Below, piece by piece: positions 9,389-17,751 of a stretch of 64,000 nucleotides of DNA. Origin of the DNA: Candidatus Omnitrophota bacterium (GTDB lineage: Bacteria > Ratteibacteria > UBA8468 > B48-G9 > JAFGKM01); the NCBI GenBank assembly GCA_023819375.1, contig JAMWDI010000006.1, positions 35,730-99,729 on the forward strand, read 5' to 3'. The translations under genes were made by a program, and so were the position numbers. A model generated the notes under the pieces. The model had not been told where the DNA came from and did no database searches. It was given only the letters and a program-made list of their open reading frames with translations. Numbering within the stretch: position 1 is the stretch's first letter; the number at the start of each line of letters is the position of its first letter.

Positions 9389-10856
9389 TTTTTCTTTTAT
9401 ATATCTTAAAATTATCTATTTCCCTATCAAAAGTGAATCTTTTATCTAAATACTTTTTTATTTTGGGATACTTTTCTATTTTGTAAAAACTCATATTTAT
9501 TAAACTATTGTCAGTTGCATCAATAAAAAGTCTAATGTTGTAAATTTCAAGTTCCTGCAAGAAAATATTTAAAGCAGGTTGATATTGGTGTATAGAAGGT
9601 GGATGGACAAAATTTTCTCCAATGACAGGATCAAGTATTATAAATCTTGTTCCAGGTTCTCTATTTGAAAGAAGGTATATTTTAGGATTAAAGCCCCAAA
9701 CAATAATTTTATCATCTTTTTTTGTGTTTTTTTCAATATAATCAATAATTTCTGAATATTTTTGAATTTCAAATTCTTTTTTCCATTCTCTGTTTTTTAT
9801 AAAACAAATCCATCTTTTGTAATAATCCAGTCCGTGCCAATAAAATACTGATTGAAGTATAGAAAAAAATATCAAAATATTTAAAATTTTCGTTTTTTCT
9901 TGTTTACTTATAAAATTCCCATATCCAATTATTCCTACAATAATTGATAAAGTTAAAAATGGAACATAATGATGTGGAAATGGAAGTCCATGAATAGCAC
10001 CCCATAAAAAAGTAATAAACAATAAAATAAGAAGGTCTTTTACTTTTTCATTTTTATTTCTGAAGAAGTTTATCCCAAATATTAAAAGAAAAGGATTCAA
10101 AAAGTAAATCCTTGTGATCATAGGGAAAATAAAATATATTTTTTTGATAACATTAACACTAGAAGTTAGAAAAAGTGGATATTTTATATTCCATTCAATC
10201 CATTCATAAATTATATTTTTTTGAAATAGGTATGCAAGAAAACTTATAAAAGGGATAAAGCAAAACACAAATCCTACAATGGTTTTGGTCAGATTTTTAG
10301 TTTTTAAAAATACTAAAAAAACAAAAGAAAAAATTAACAATATACCAAACTGTTTTAAAAAAAGAGAAAGGCCAACTAAAATACTTGATAGAAAAATTGA
10401 AAAGTAATTCTGAGAAAAAAGAATCAAAAACCAGGAAAGTAATACGAGAAAAACAATAATAAATTCTGGCCCTTTATGAACGTCTACTGGATAAAAAAGA
10501 GTACTTAAAACAGGATAAAAAATTAAAGAAAAAAAAGATGCTTTTTTATTTGAATATTTTTCAACAATTTTAAATATCAAAAAAGTATTTACAAAAAGGA
10601 TAAAAAGATAAAAAAGATGAACTGCTAAAAGATAGTTTTCTTTAAAAATTTTTAAAAAGAAATAATAAATATATCCAAGGCCGAATCCTTTATTTTCAAA
10701 TATTTCTCTGTATATCTGTCTTCCTTTTGAAATTTTGTAAGCAACAAGCGCATATTCTGGTTCATCAACATTTGAGAAATAAGGAAAAATGTAAGGAATT
10801 CTAAAGATAAGAGTGAGTAAAAATGAACTAATAAAATAAAAAAAATTTCTTTTCAT
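9381..10856 (-). CDS. GT-C fold membrane glycosyltransferase (GT39/ArnT-like), copy 2
   Basis: 491 aa and polytopic. The first-loop VDEPEY motif is followed by KGRQIYREIFENKGFGLGYIYYFFLKIF. That block is shared with the plus-strand paralogs at 15385 and 17752. The C-terminal domain is soluble. Confidence 0.6.
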   Translation of the reverse strand: MKRNFFYFISSFLLTLIFRIPYIFPYFSNVDEPEYALVAYKISKGRQIYREIFENKGFGLGYIYYFFLKIFKENYLLAVHLFYLFILFVNTFLIFKIVEKYSNKKASFFSLIFYPVLSTLFYPVDVHKGPEFIIVFLVLLSWFLILFSQNYFSIFLSSILVGLSLFLKQFGILLIFSFVFLVFLKTKNLTKTIVGFVFCFIPFISFLAYLFQKNIIYEWIEWNIKYPLFLTSSVNVIKKIYFIFPMITRIYFLNPFLLIFGINFFRNKNEKVKDLLILLFITFLWGAIHGLPFPHHYVPFLTLSIIVGIIGYGNFISKQEKTKILNILIFFSILQSVFYWHGLDYYKRWICFIKNREWKKEFEIQKYSEIIDYIEKNTKKDDKIIVWGFNPKIYLLSNREPGTRFIILDPVIGENFVHPPSIHQYQPALNIFLQELEIYNIRLFIDATDNSLINMSFYKIEKYPKIKKYLDKRFTFDREIDNFKIYKRKND

Positions 10857-10858
10857 TC

Positions 10859-11536
10859 TTAATCAATAAATTTATATTTTATCAAAGTCCATATTGCTTC
10901 AATTCCATCTTTCCATCTTATCTTTTTCCCTTCTCTTATTGATCTTGGATTGTAACTTATAGGAACTTCATAAATTTTATATCCCCTTTTTCTTAATTTT
11001 GCTGTTAATTCCTGACAAAACTCAAATCTTTTACATTTCAAATTAATCCTATCTAAAATTTCTTTTTTAACCATCTTATAACAAGTAGGAGCATCTGTTA
11101 ATTTGGTTCCATAAAGTAAATTTGTTAAAAAAGTAACCAATTTCCCTCCATAATGGAAAACAAATGAAGATTTTTTATTTTTTCCAAGAATTCTTGAACC
11201 AAAAACTACATCTACTTTTTTTTCTTTTATAAATTCAATCATTTTTAACCAGTCAAATGGATTATATTCCAAATCAGCATCCTGTATTACCACAATATCT
11301 CCTGTAATATGTTTAAGCCCTTCTCTTATAGCAGTCCCCTTCCCTTCGTTTTTTTCTTTGAAGATAATCTTTATTCTTTCATCATTAATACTTTGTAAAA
11401 TTTCTTTTGTTCCATCTGTACTTCCGTCGTCAACTATTATTATTTCTTTTTCAACAGGAACTTCCAGAACCTTTTTTAAAATTTTTAAAATAGTTCTTTT
11501 TTCATTATAAACCGGAATGATAACACTTAATTTCAT
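10859..11536 (-). CDS. GT2 glycosyltransferase, polyprenyl-phosphate sugar synthase-like (DPM1/ArnC/GtrB type)
   Basis: 225 aa. Motifs seen: VIIPVYNE, VDDGSTDGT, QDADLEY (DxD), and a C-terminal YNPRSIREGKKI element like the lipid-phosphate-sugar synthases. Confidence 0.8.
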   Translation of the reverse strand: MKLSVIIPVYNEKRTILKILKKVLEVPVEKEIIIVDDGSTDGTKEILQSINDERIKIIFKEKNEGKGTAIREGLKHITGDIVVIQDADLEYNPFDWLKMIEFIKEKKVDVVFGSRILGKNKKSSFVFHYGGKLVTFLTNLLYGTKLTDAPTCYKMVKKEILDRINLKCKRFEFCQELTAKLRKRGYKIYEVPISYNPRSIREGKKIRWKDGIEAIWTLIKYKFID

Positions 11537-11591
11537 TTTTCAATTAAAATTTGTTCTCCTAAGGAAATTATAAAGTGAATACAAATTAATA

Positions 11592-12791
11592 TCAAGAAAT
11601 TTTCAAATAAGTGTTAGGTCTAAAAAATTTCTTAAACAAATCTAATGTATAAAAAAAACCATGAACAGAAAAAATTATATAAAATGGTTCAATTGGTAAT
11701 CTGTATCTTATTGATGCAAGGTAAATCATATGAAATACTGTAAAAATAAAAATCAGTATATGTAAAAAATTTGCTTTTGAATTTTTGAATGAAACAAAAA
11801 AGCCGATTATAAAAAATGGTAAAAGAATCCCAAAGGATGAAATACTTATAATTCTGTATAAAATTTTTTCTTCAAACTCTGGAGCATTGGGGACAATATT
11901 CCAAAATCTTTTAAATTTATTTTTAAGTAGATATAAAAATCTTTTCGGGTTTTTTTTAATTACTTCTATTGTCATTTTATATAAGAGTTTATCTCTTGTA
12001 ATTTCTTCAATTTGATGTATATTTTGGGGGAAATAAGAACAGGGACCTCCATCTGAAAAAGGATTATTTCCTTCCCAGAAAACCCATCCACCCATAGTTG
12101 TTCCTGGAATAAATTTTTTAAAAATTTTGTAATTTCTAATTATCCATGGTGATAAAACTATGCAAAATCCGATAACAAGAAAAAAGACCTTTCTGAATTT
12201 TAATTTTAGATTTTCTTTTAAAAATAACAATTTTAAAATTACAAAAGGAATAAAAATTTGAAAGGTTGGTCTTGTTAGTCCAGCAACTCCACTTATAACT
12301 CCTGCTTTTAAAGATATTATTCCGTTTGTATCACTCAATTTTATTAGATAAAAAATGCTTAAAACAACAAAAAAAAGAAAGAAAGTTTCTGTTAACAAAA
12401 AACCATTATAAAAAATGAAAAAAGGATAAAAAGAAGAAATTATGGCAGAAAGTGTTCCCTCTTTTTTTCCAAAAATTTCCTTTGAGATTTGGTAAATTAT
12501 GTAAACTGTAAAAGTTGAAATTAAACTCTGAAAAATTCTTATATGTAGAAAATTAAACTTTAAATAAAATAAAATACTTAAAATTAAAGGATATAAAGGT
12601 GGCCTAAAACTTTTAAAATTCTCATTTACAATTAAACCCTTTCCTGACAGAAAATTTTTAACCATTTTTAGATATTCAAACTCGTCATCAAAATAAAGAT
12701 AGTTTTTCAAATAAAAGACAAAGGAAATCCTCAAAATAAAACTAAACGATAAAATAAAAACTAAAAATTTTCTTTCAGATATTCTTTCCAT
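11592..12791 (-). CDS. GT-C fold membrane glycosyltransferase (GT39/ArnT-like), copy 3
   Basis: 399 aa. First-loop YFDDEFEY acidic motif and RPPLYPLILS. It shares SPWIIRNYKIFKKF and KRFWN blocks with the 14163 gene, so the two form a paralog pair. Confidence 0.65.
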   Translation of the reverse strand: MERISERKFLVFILSFSFILRISFVFYLKNYLYFDDEFEYLKMVKNFLSGKGLIVNENFKSFRPPLYPLILSILFYLKFNFLHIRIFQSLISTFTVYIIYQISKEIFGKKEGTLSAIISSFYPFFIFYNGFLLTETFFLFFVVLSIFYLIKLSDTNGIISLKAGVISGVAGLTRPTFQIFIPFVILKLLFLKENLKLKFRKVFFLVIGFCIVLSPWIIRNYKIFKKFIPGTTMGGWVFWEGNNPFSDGGPCSYFPQNIHQIEEITRDKLLYKMTIEVIKKNPKRFLYLLKNKFKRFWNIVPNAPEFEEKILYRIISISSFGILLPFFIIGFFVSFKNSKANFLHILIFIFTVFHMIYLASIRYRLPIEPFYIIFSVHGFFYTLDLFKKFFRPNTYLKIS

Positions 12792-13453
12792 ATTTTAAAT
12801 TTAAAAATTAAAAAATTATTATGTCCATAAATTCCGACTCTTTTAATCGTAAAATTGGAATAATAAGTTCTTCTAAATCTTTTAGGTGTCACAAAGGCCT
12901 TTTTATAACCACTTTTCTTTACAATTTCTTCTATTTTTTTATTGAATTCTCCATAAGGATAACAAAAGAATTTTACTTCTTTTCCAAGTTTATCTTCTAT
13001 CATTTTTTTAGAGTTTATTATCTCTTCTTTTATTTTCTCTTCCGATAGTAAAGTGAGATGTGGATGTGTTAAAGTGTGAGAACCAAATTCTACACCATTT
13101 TTAGCCATATCAAAAATTTCTTTCCAGTTTAAAAATCTATCCTTTTCCACACTTTTGTAACGAAGAAAGATTTTATCTGTATTGATATAATTTACTACCA
13201 AAAAAATCAGTGGTTTTATATTCAATTTTTCCAGAAATTCATAAGCAAACCAATAATTGTCTGCAAAACCATCATCAAAAGTTAAAAGGACTTTTTTTCT
13301 AATTTCATTTCCTGTTGATATATATTCATCTGCTTTTAAAAATTTAAATTTTTTAAAAATTAAATACTCTATTTGTTTTTTAAACTCTTCAATATTTACT
13401 GTAAGCGCATCACTCTTATACCAAGGATTAACTCTATGATATGAAAGTACCAT
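12761..13453 (-). CDS. polysaccharide deacetylase family protein (CE4; ArnD/PgdA-like)
   Basis: 230 aa. LTFDDGFADNY (the CE4 TFDDG motif) and GSHTLTHPHL (the His-His metal motif). Confidence 0.8.
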   Translation of the reverse strand: MVLSYHRVNPWYKSDALTVNIEEFKKQIEYLIFKKFKFLKADEYISTGNEIRKKVLLTFDDGFADNYWFAYEFLEKLNIKPLIFLVVNYINTDKIFLRYKSVEKDRFLNWKEIFDMAKNGVEFGSHTLTHPHLTLLSEEKIKEEIINSKKMIEDKLGKEVKFFCYPYGEFNKKIEEIVKKSGYKKAFVTPKRFRRTYYSNFTIKRVGIYGHNNFLIFKFKIWKEYLKENF

Positions 13454-13462
13454 TTTTTGTTT

Positions 13463-14176
13463 TCAAAATTTTATTCTTTTAAATTTATATCTTAAAATAA
13501 GTAGAATCATTTTTAAGCCAAGAAAAAATGCCTTTCTCATACTTCCTGTGACAGAAGATTTTCCAACTCTTGGTTTATAGTTAACAGGGATTTCTATAAA
13601 TTTTGTTCCAGTTTTTATAACAAGTAGCGTTATTTCAGGCCCAAAATGTTCTTTACCGACAGTAAAATGATTTTTTATTTTTTCATATAAGGGTCTTTTA
13701 ATAAGTCTCATTGTACAACCAACATCTGTTAAAGTTGTTGTATTGTAAAGAAATTCCATTAATTTTGCAACAGCCCAATTACCCCATTTTAAAAAGAAAT
13801 TCATATTTGCTCCTTTCCAGATAAGTTCTCTCGTTGTTCTTGTTCCCAAAACATAATCAAAATCATCGCTATAAGCAAGAAGTTTAATAACATCCCTACC
13901 TTCAAATGTTCCATCTGGTTCCGAAATAATTAAATAATCTCCAGTTGCTTCAGAAAGTCCTTTTTGAATGGCAAAACCATATCCCTGTTTTTTTTCATAA
14001 ACAAGACGTGCCTTTGTCTTTTTTACTTCTTCATCAGTTCCTTCAACTGCATTATTGTTTACAACAACTATTTCATCAACATAACCAGATGCAAAAAAAT
14101 CTTCTATTGCCTGCCTTATGGAATCCTTTTCATTGTATGTTGGAAATATTACCGATACTTTTTTATTTTTCCACAT
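13463..14176 (-). CDS. GT2 glycosyltransferase, polyprenyl-phosphate sugar synthase-like, with variant acidic motifs
   Basis: VSVIFPTYNE is present, but VVNNNAVEGTD replaces DDGSxD and SEPDG replaces DxD. The C-terminal YKPRVGKSS element is present. I prefer the ATG at 14176 (MWKNKK); the track ORF starts at a GTG at 14197. Confidence 0.7.
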   Translation of the reverse strand: MWKNKKVSVIFPTYNEKDSIRQAIEDFFASGYVDEIVVVNNNAVEGTDEEVKKTKARLVYEKKQGYGFAIQKGLSEATGDYLIISEPDGTFEGRDVIKLLAYSDDFDYVLGTRTTRELIWKGANMNFFLKWGNWAVAKLMEFLYNTTTLTDVGCTMRLIKRPLYEKIKNHFTVGKEHFGPEITLLVIKTGTKFIEIPVNYKPRVGKSSVTGSMRKAFFLGLKMILLILRYKFKRIKF

Positions 14177-15368
14177 TTTTTTTAAAAAATAAAACACTAA
14201 AAATTATTAGAAATGGTGATAAAGGTTCTCTATATCTTATTACTGTTTTAAAAAAGAGTATTATCGGTAAAGACCAACCAATTATTAAAAAGTATATAAA
14301 TAAAAATTTGCGCCAAATTTTAATATTTTTTAATAATCCTGCAAATCCAAAAAAAATTAAGGGAGTATATGTTAAAAAGCCGATTATAACATGATAGGTT
14401 TTGTAATTTTCTCCAGGCCCAGAAAAAGTATGAGGGTATAATCTCCAGTATCTTTTAAATCTATCAAAAATTAGTTTAAGATACGTTTTAGGATTATTAA
14501 GAATAAAATTTTTTGCTTCTTTATAAAGAGCGTTATTTATTTCTATTTCACTTAAGCCCTCAAATTTTTTAAAGTATTCTAATGGCGGATTCCAATAACC
14601 AGAAGGTTCATTTAAAGAATTAGAATTGTTTGCTATATAACATACTATACCACCCTCAGTTGAGGTAATCAAAAATTTTTTAAAGATTTTATAATTTCTA
14701 ATACCCCATGGAGATATAACTAAAAGGCATGGTATCGTAATTAGAAGGTAATTTTTTAAGAATTTTTCTCTGTAAAATAAAATAAAATATATGAAAAGGA
14801 AAATCAAAAGTATTAAAAATAAACTTCTTGTTAATATACCAAATCCTAAAAAAATTCCACTAATAAAATAATAAAAAATATTGCTATTCTTTTCTCCAAG
14901 CATCAAAAAAAATGTAAATCCGCACATTAAAAATATTTCAAGGGTTACAGGAGCAAGATAACCAGTCCAAAAAATAGATGGTGGATAAATTGAGAACAGT
15001 AAAGCAGATAAAAGCCCAGTTCTTTTATCAATAAGTGTTATTCCAAGGAAATATATAAGAATACAAGTTAAAGAACTTAAAATTGCCAGTCCTATTTTGG
15101 CGGCAAAATAATTATGTCCAAAAATTTTGTAAATAATCGCTAAAAATAAAGGAAAACCTGGGCTTCTCCATGCATAAAATCTCGGCCCATCAGGAAAATA
15201 TGGATTATTTACCCAATATCCTTGTCCTGATGCAATTTTCCATCCAAGTTCATCCCACCAGTCACCCCAGACATCAACGTTATTGTTAAGTGTTAAAATA
15301 AAACCAATTCTTAAAACTAAAGCCCACAAAAAAATTAGAAACAGATATTTTTCATAAGTTTTTTTCAT
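14163..15368 (-). CDS. GT-C fold membrane glycosyltransferase (GT39/ArnT-like), copy 4
   Basis: First-loop WWDELG motif and SPGFPLFLAIIYKIFG. Paralogous to the 11592 gene (SPWGIRNYKIFKKF, KRYWR). I prefer the ATG at 15368 (MKKTYEKY) because the track start at 15425 is a TTG. Confidence 0.65.
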   Translation of the reverse strand: MKKTYEKYLFLIFLWALVLRIGFILTLNNNVDVWGDWWDELGWKIASGQGYWVNNPYFPDGPRFYAWRSPGFPLFLAIIYKIFGHNYFAAKIGLAILSSLTCILIYFLGITLIDKRTGLLSALLFSIYPPSIFWTGYLAPVTLEIFLMCGFTFFLMLGEKNSNIFYYFISGIFLGFGILTRSLFLILLIFLFIYFILFYREKFLKNYLLITIPCLLVISPWGIRNYKIFKKFLITSTEGGIVCYIANNSNSLNEPSGYWNPPLEYFKKFEGLSEIEINNALYKEAKNFILNNPKTYLKLIFDRFKRYWRLYPHTFSGPGENYKTYHVIIGFLTYTPLIFFGFAGLLKNIKIWRKFLFIYFLIIGWSLPIILFFKTVIRYREPLSPFLIIFSVLFFKKNVEK

Positions 15369-15384
15369 GTTAATATAAATTATA

Positions 15385-16767
15385 ATGTTTATTGAAAAAA
15401 AAATAAATTTTAGATTGTTAAACAAGTTTCTAATCCCAATTTTCGGGATTTATTTTTTTCTAATTGTTCCATCAACATTACCAAATTTTTATCCAATGTT
15501 TATTGATTCTGGAACTTATGGATATGTTGCTCAACAAATTAACAAAGGGAAGTTATTGTATAAAGAAATATTTGAAATAAAGTTACCTGGAATTTATTAT
15601 ATTTACGCTTTTTTATTCAAAATATTTACAGATTCAAGATGGGTGCTTTATTTTGTTGACTTAATCCATAATTTCTTAATTTTATTTTTTATTTATCTAA
15701 TTTTTAAAAGAGAAAATTTAATTGATTACTATTGGCTTTTTTCAATATTTTTTATAACTTGTCTTCGTGTTTATCCTTCATATTGTGATGGCAATCTGAA
15801 TGAACACTGGTATTTATTCTTCTTTTTACTTTTTTATTATTTAATTAATTCAGAGAAAAACAAAATAAAAGAATTAATTGCTGGGTTTTCTTTTTCTTAT
15901 CTTTTTTTCCTGAAACAAAATTTTATTTTTTTGAATATTCCTTTGATTTATTTTTTCCGAAAAAAAATGAAAAATTATTTTTTTATTCTTGGATTTCTTC
16001 CTATGACTTTATTTTTCCTTTACATTATAATTAAAAGTTGGCCTGAATCATTAAAAGCAATTTTTCTTTTTCCCTTGAGAAGGTCAGGAGAAGAAAAAAT
16101 GTCTTTAATTTTAAAACTCAAAACTGGAATAATTTATGGTCCCTTTTTGCAGTTTTTAATTCTTTTTATTTTAAGTTGTATTAAAAATAGTAAAATAAAA
16201 AGATTTATCATTTTACAAGGTCTAATTCTTCTTTTTATAACATTTTTTCTTCCTCTTTTTTATATACATTATTTAGTTCTTCTCCTTATATTGACAATCC
16301 CCTCTTTTACAATTATTGGAAAAGAATATCCGAAATATTTTTGCTTTTTTTTGTTGTTTTTTTTAATCTTTCCACCCTTTAAATTTATAAAAATAAGATT
16401 TAAACATTCTTTTAAAGCCCTTAGACTTACTCTTGTTGAAAAAGATTTAAGATTAGCATCACCTCCTATGGCTTTTACAATAATCAAATATCTTAAAGAA
16501 AATGAAAAATTTATAATGATACCTTCATATCCAGAAATTTACTTTATGACTAAAACTGAGTCTCCTTATAGATTTTTTCTTTTAGATGATCTTGTATCTA
16601 AATTTTTCAAAGAAGAGTTTAAAAAAATGATAAAAGAAAGACCGCCTGATTACGTTTATCTTGAAAAAGAAGTTTCCTATTTTGAGAAGGTTTTTTATTT
16701 AGATAGAAGAGAATATGAATTAAAACAAATTGACGAAAATTTATTTAAATTTAAAATTTTACGATAA
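15385..16767 (+). CDS. polytopic membrane protein, GT-C-like (paralog A of the plus-strand trio)
   Basis: 460 aa. IDSGTYGYVAQQINKGKLLYKEIFEIKLPGIYYIYAFLFKIFTDSRW is near-identical in pattern to the 17752 protein. The shared C-terminal block is RPPDYVYLE...FKFKILR. Confidence 0.55.
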   Translation: MFIEKKINFRLLNKFLIPIFGIYFFLIVPSTLPNFYPMFIDSGTYGYVAQQINKGKLLYKEIFEIKLPGIYYIYAFLFKIFTDSRWVLYFVDLIHNFLILFFIYLIFKRENLIDYYWLFSIFFITCLRVYPSYCDGNLNEHWYLFFFLLFYYLINSEKNKIKELIAGFSFSYLFFLKQNFIFLNIPLIYFFRKKMKNYFFILGFLPMTLFFLYIIIKSWPESLKAIFLFPLRRSGEEKMSLILKLKTGIIYGPFLQFLILFILSCIKNSKIKRFIILQGLILLFITFFLPLFYIHYLVLLLILTIPSFTIIGKEYPKYFCFFLLFFLIFPPFKFIKIRFKHSFKALRLTLVEKDLRLASPPMAFTIIKYLKENEKFIMIPSYPEIYFMTKTESPYRFFLLDDLVSKFFKEEFKKMIKERPPDYVYLEKEVSYFEKVFYLDRREYELKQIDENLFKFKILR

Positions 16768-16772
16768 ACAAA

Positions 16773-17747
16773 ATGGGGCAAAAATTTTATTTTGGATTTT
16801 CTGATTATCTTTTACTTGAGGTTGCAAATATTAATTTTTATCAATTACATTTTGATGCTGAAAGCATAGTAAGAGGTTACAAAAAATTAAAAGAAATTGC
16901 TGAGGAACTCAATATAGAACCACCTATTCCACGGATGGCCGGTTTTGCTTATTCACACATTGCTTCACTTGGTGCAAAAATTGAATTTCCAATTGATGGA
17001 GAACCAAAACCGTTTCCTTTAATAAAAAATATTGAAGATATTGATAATTTAAAAGAACCTGAAGATTATTTGAGTGCATCTTTAATACAGAAAAAACTAA
17101 AAACATTATCAGAACTAAAGAGAATTGTTCCTGAAACTCCAAATACAATTGGACATTTATTTGAAGGGCCTATAACAACAGCAGTTTTGCTTATGGGACA
17201 GGATTTTTTTATCCTTGTTTACGATAATCCAAAAAAGGCGCATAAATTACTTAAATTTTGTGTAAGAAGTGCTTTAAATTATTCAAAATGTATATTAAAT
17301 TATTTTGGAGAAGAGTTGAAAGAAGGTCCAAAAGGAATTCCTGATGATTTTGCAGGTATTTTACACCCAAAACTTTTTCCTGAATTTGTTTTGCCTTACT
17401 GGGAAGAGATGTATGAAAGATTAAAGGCAACCGAAAGACATTTACATAGTGAACTATTAAGAGAAGAACACTTAAAATTTCTAAAAGATGTGAAAATTGA
17501 TGTTTTTGATCCTTCTGCAGACCAGTATTTAAATGGAGAAATTTTGTTAAAGAAATGTCCTTGTAAATTTACTTTAAGAATTCAATCTTGGGAAATTTTC
17601 AATCTATCTGCAGATGAACTTGAAAAATTATATATAAAACTTGCAAGTTATAAACCTATCTCTATAAATTTTTATTTAGATAGATTGATTGACTTACCTA
17701 AGATAAAAAGACTATTGAAAATAGCAAGAGAATTAGAGAAAAATTAA
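16773..17747 (+). CDS. uroporphyrinogen decarboxylase (URO-D) / MtaA-CmuA-like family protein
   Basis: 324 aa. The block DDFAGILHPKLFPEFVLPYWEEMYERLKATERHLHSE...IDVFDPSAD follows the URO-D-fold pattern (D-x-a-g-l-s-p-x-f-x-e-f-v-l-P-y ... lH-x-c ... d-v). The assignment rests on this motif only. Confidence 0.45.
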   Translation: MGQKFYFGFSDYLLLEVANINFYQLHFDAESIVRGYKKLKEIAEELNIEPPIPRMAGFAYSHIASLGAKIEFPIDGEPKPFPLIKNIEDIDNLKEPEDYLSASLIQKKLKTLSELKRIVPETPNTIGHLFEGPITTAVLLMGQDFFILVYDNPKKAHKLLKFCVRSALNYSKCILNYFGEELKEGPKGIPDDFAGILHPKLFPEFVLPYWEEMYERLKATERHLHSELLREEHLKFLKDVKIDVFDPSADQYLNGEILLKKCPCKFTLRIQSWEIFNLSADELEKLYIKLASYKPISINFYLDRLIDLPKIKRLLKIARELEKN

Positions 17748-17751
17748 ATAT

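Noticed and set aside
13945-14394. 149-aa plus-strand ORF. Similar antisense ORFs in the track include 52208-52624, 53504-53857, 56339-56797, 46516-46779, 3083-3292 and 59347-59613.
   Set aside because: All lie entirely opposite strongly motif-supported genes (GT2/GT-C, fabF, fabG, plsX, PIG-L, Lon, secD). Their translations are low-complexity F/L/I/S-rich strings, as expected for shadow frames in AT-rich DNA, and they have no SD or recognisable motif.
16341-16370. Homopolymeric T/A tracts (T8-T10, A8-A10) inside glycosyltransferase genes as phase-variation switches. Other examples are near 8166-8190, 12361-12385 and 60550-60559.
   Set aside because: Such runs are what poly-Phe and poly-Lys coding produces at this base composition. 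They occur in housekeeping genes too. Without population or read-level length variation there is no support for slipped-strand regulation.
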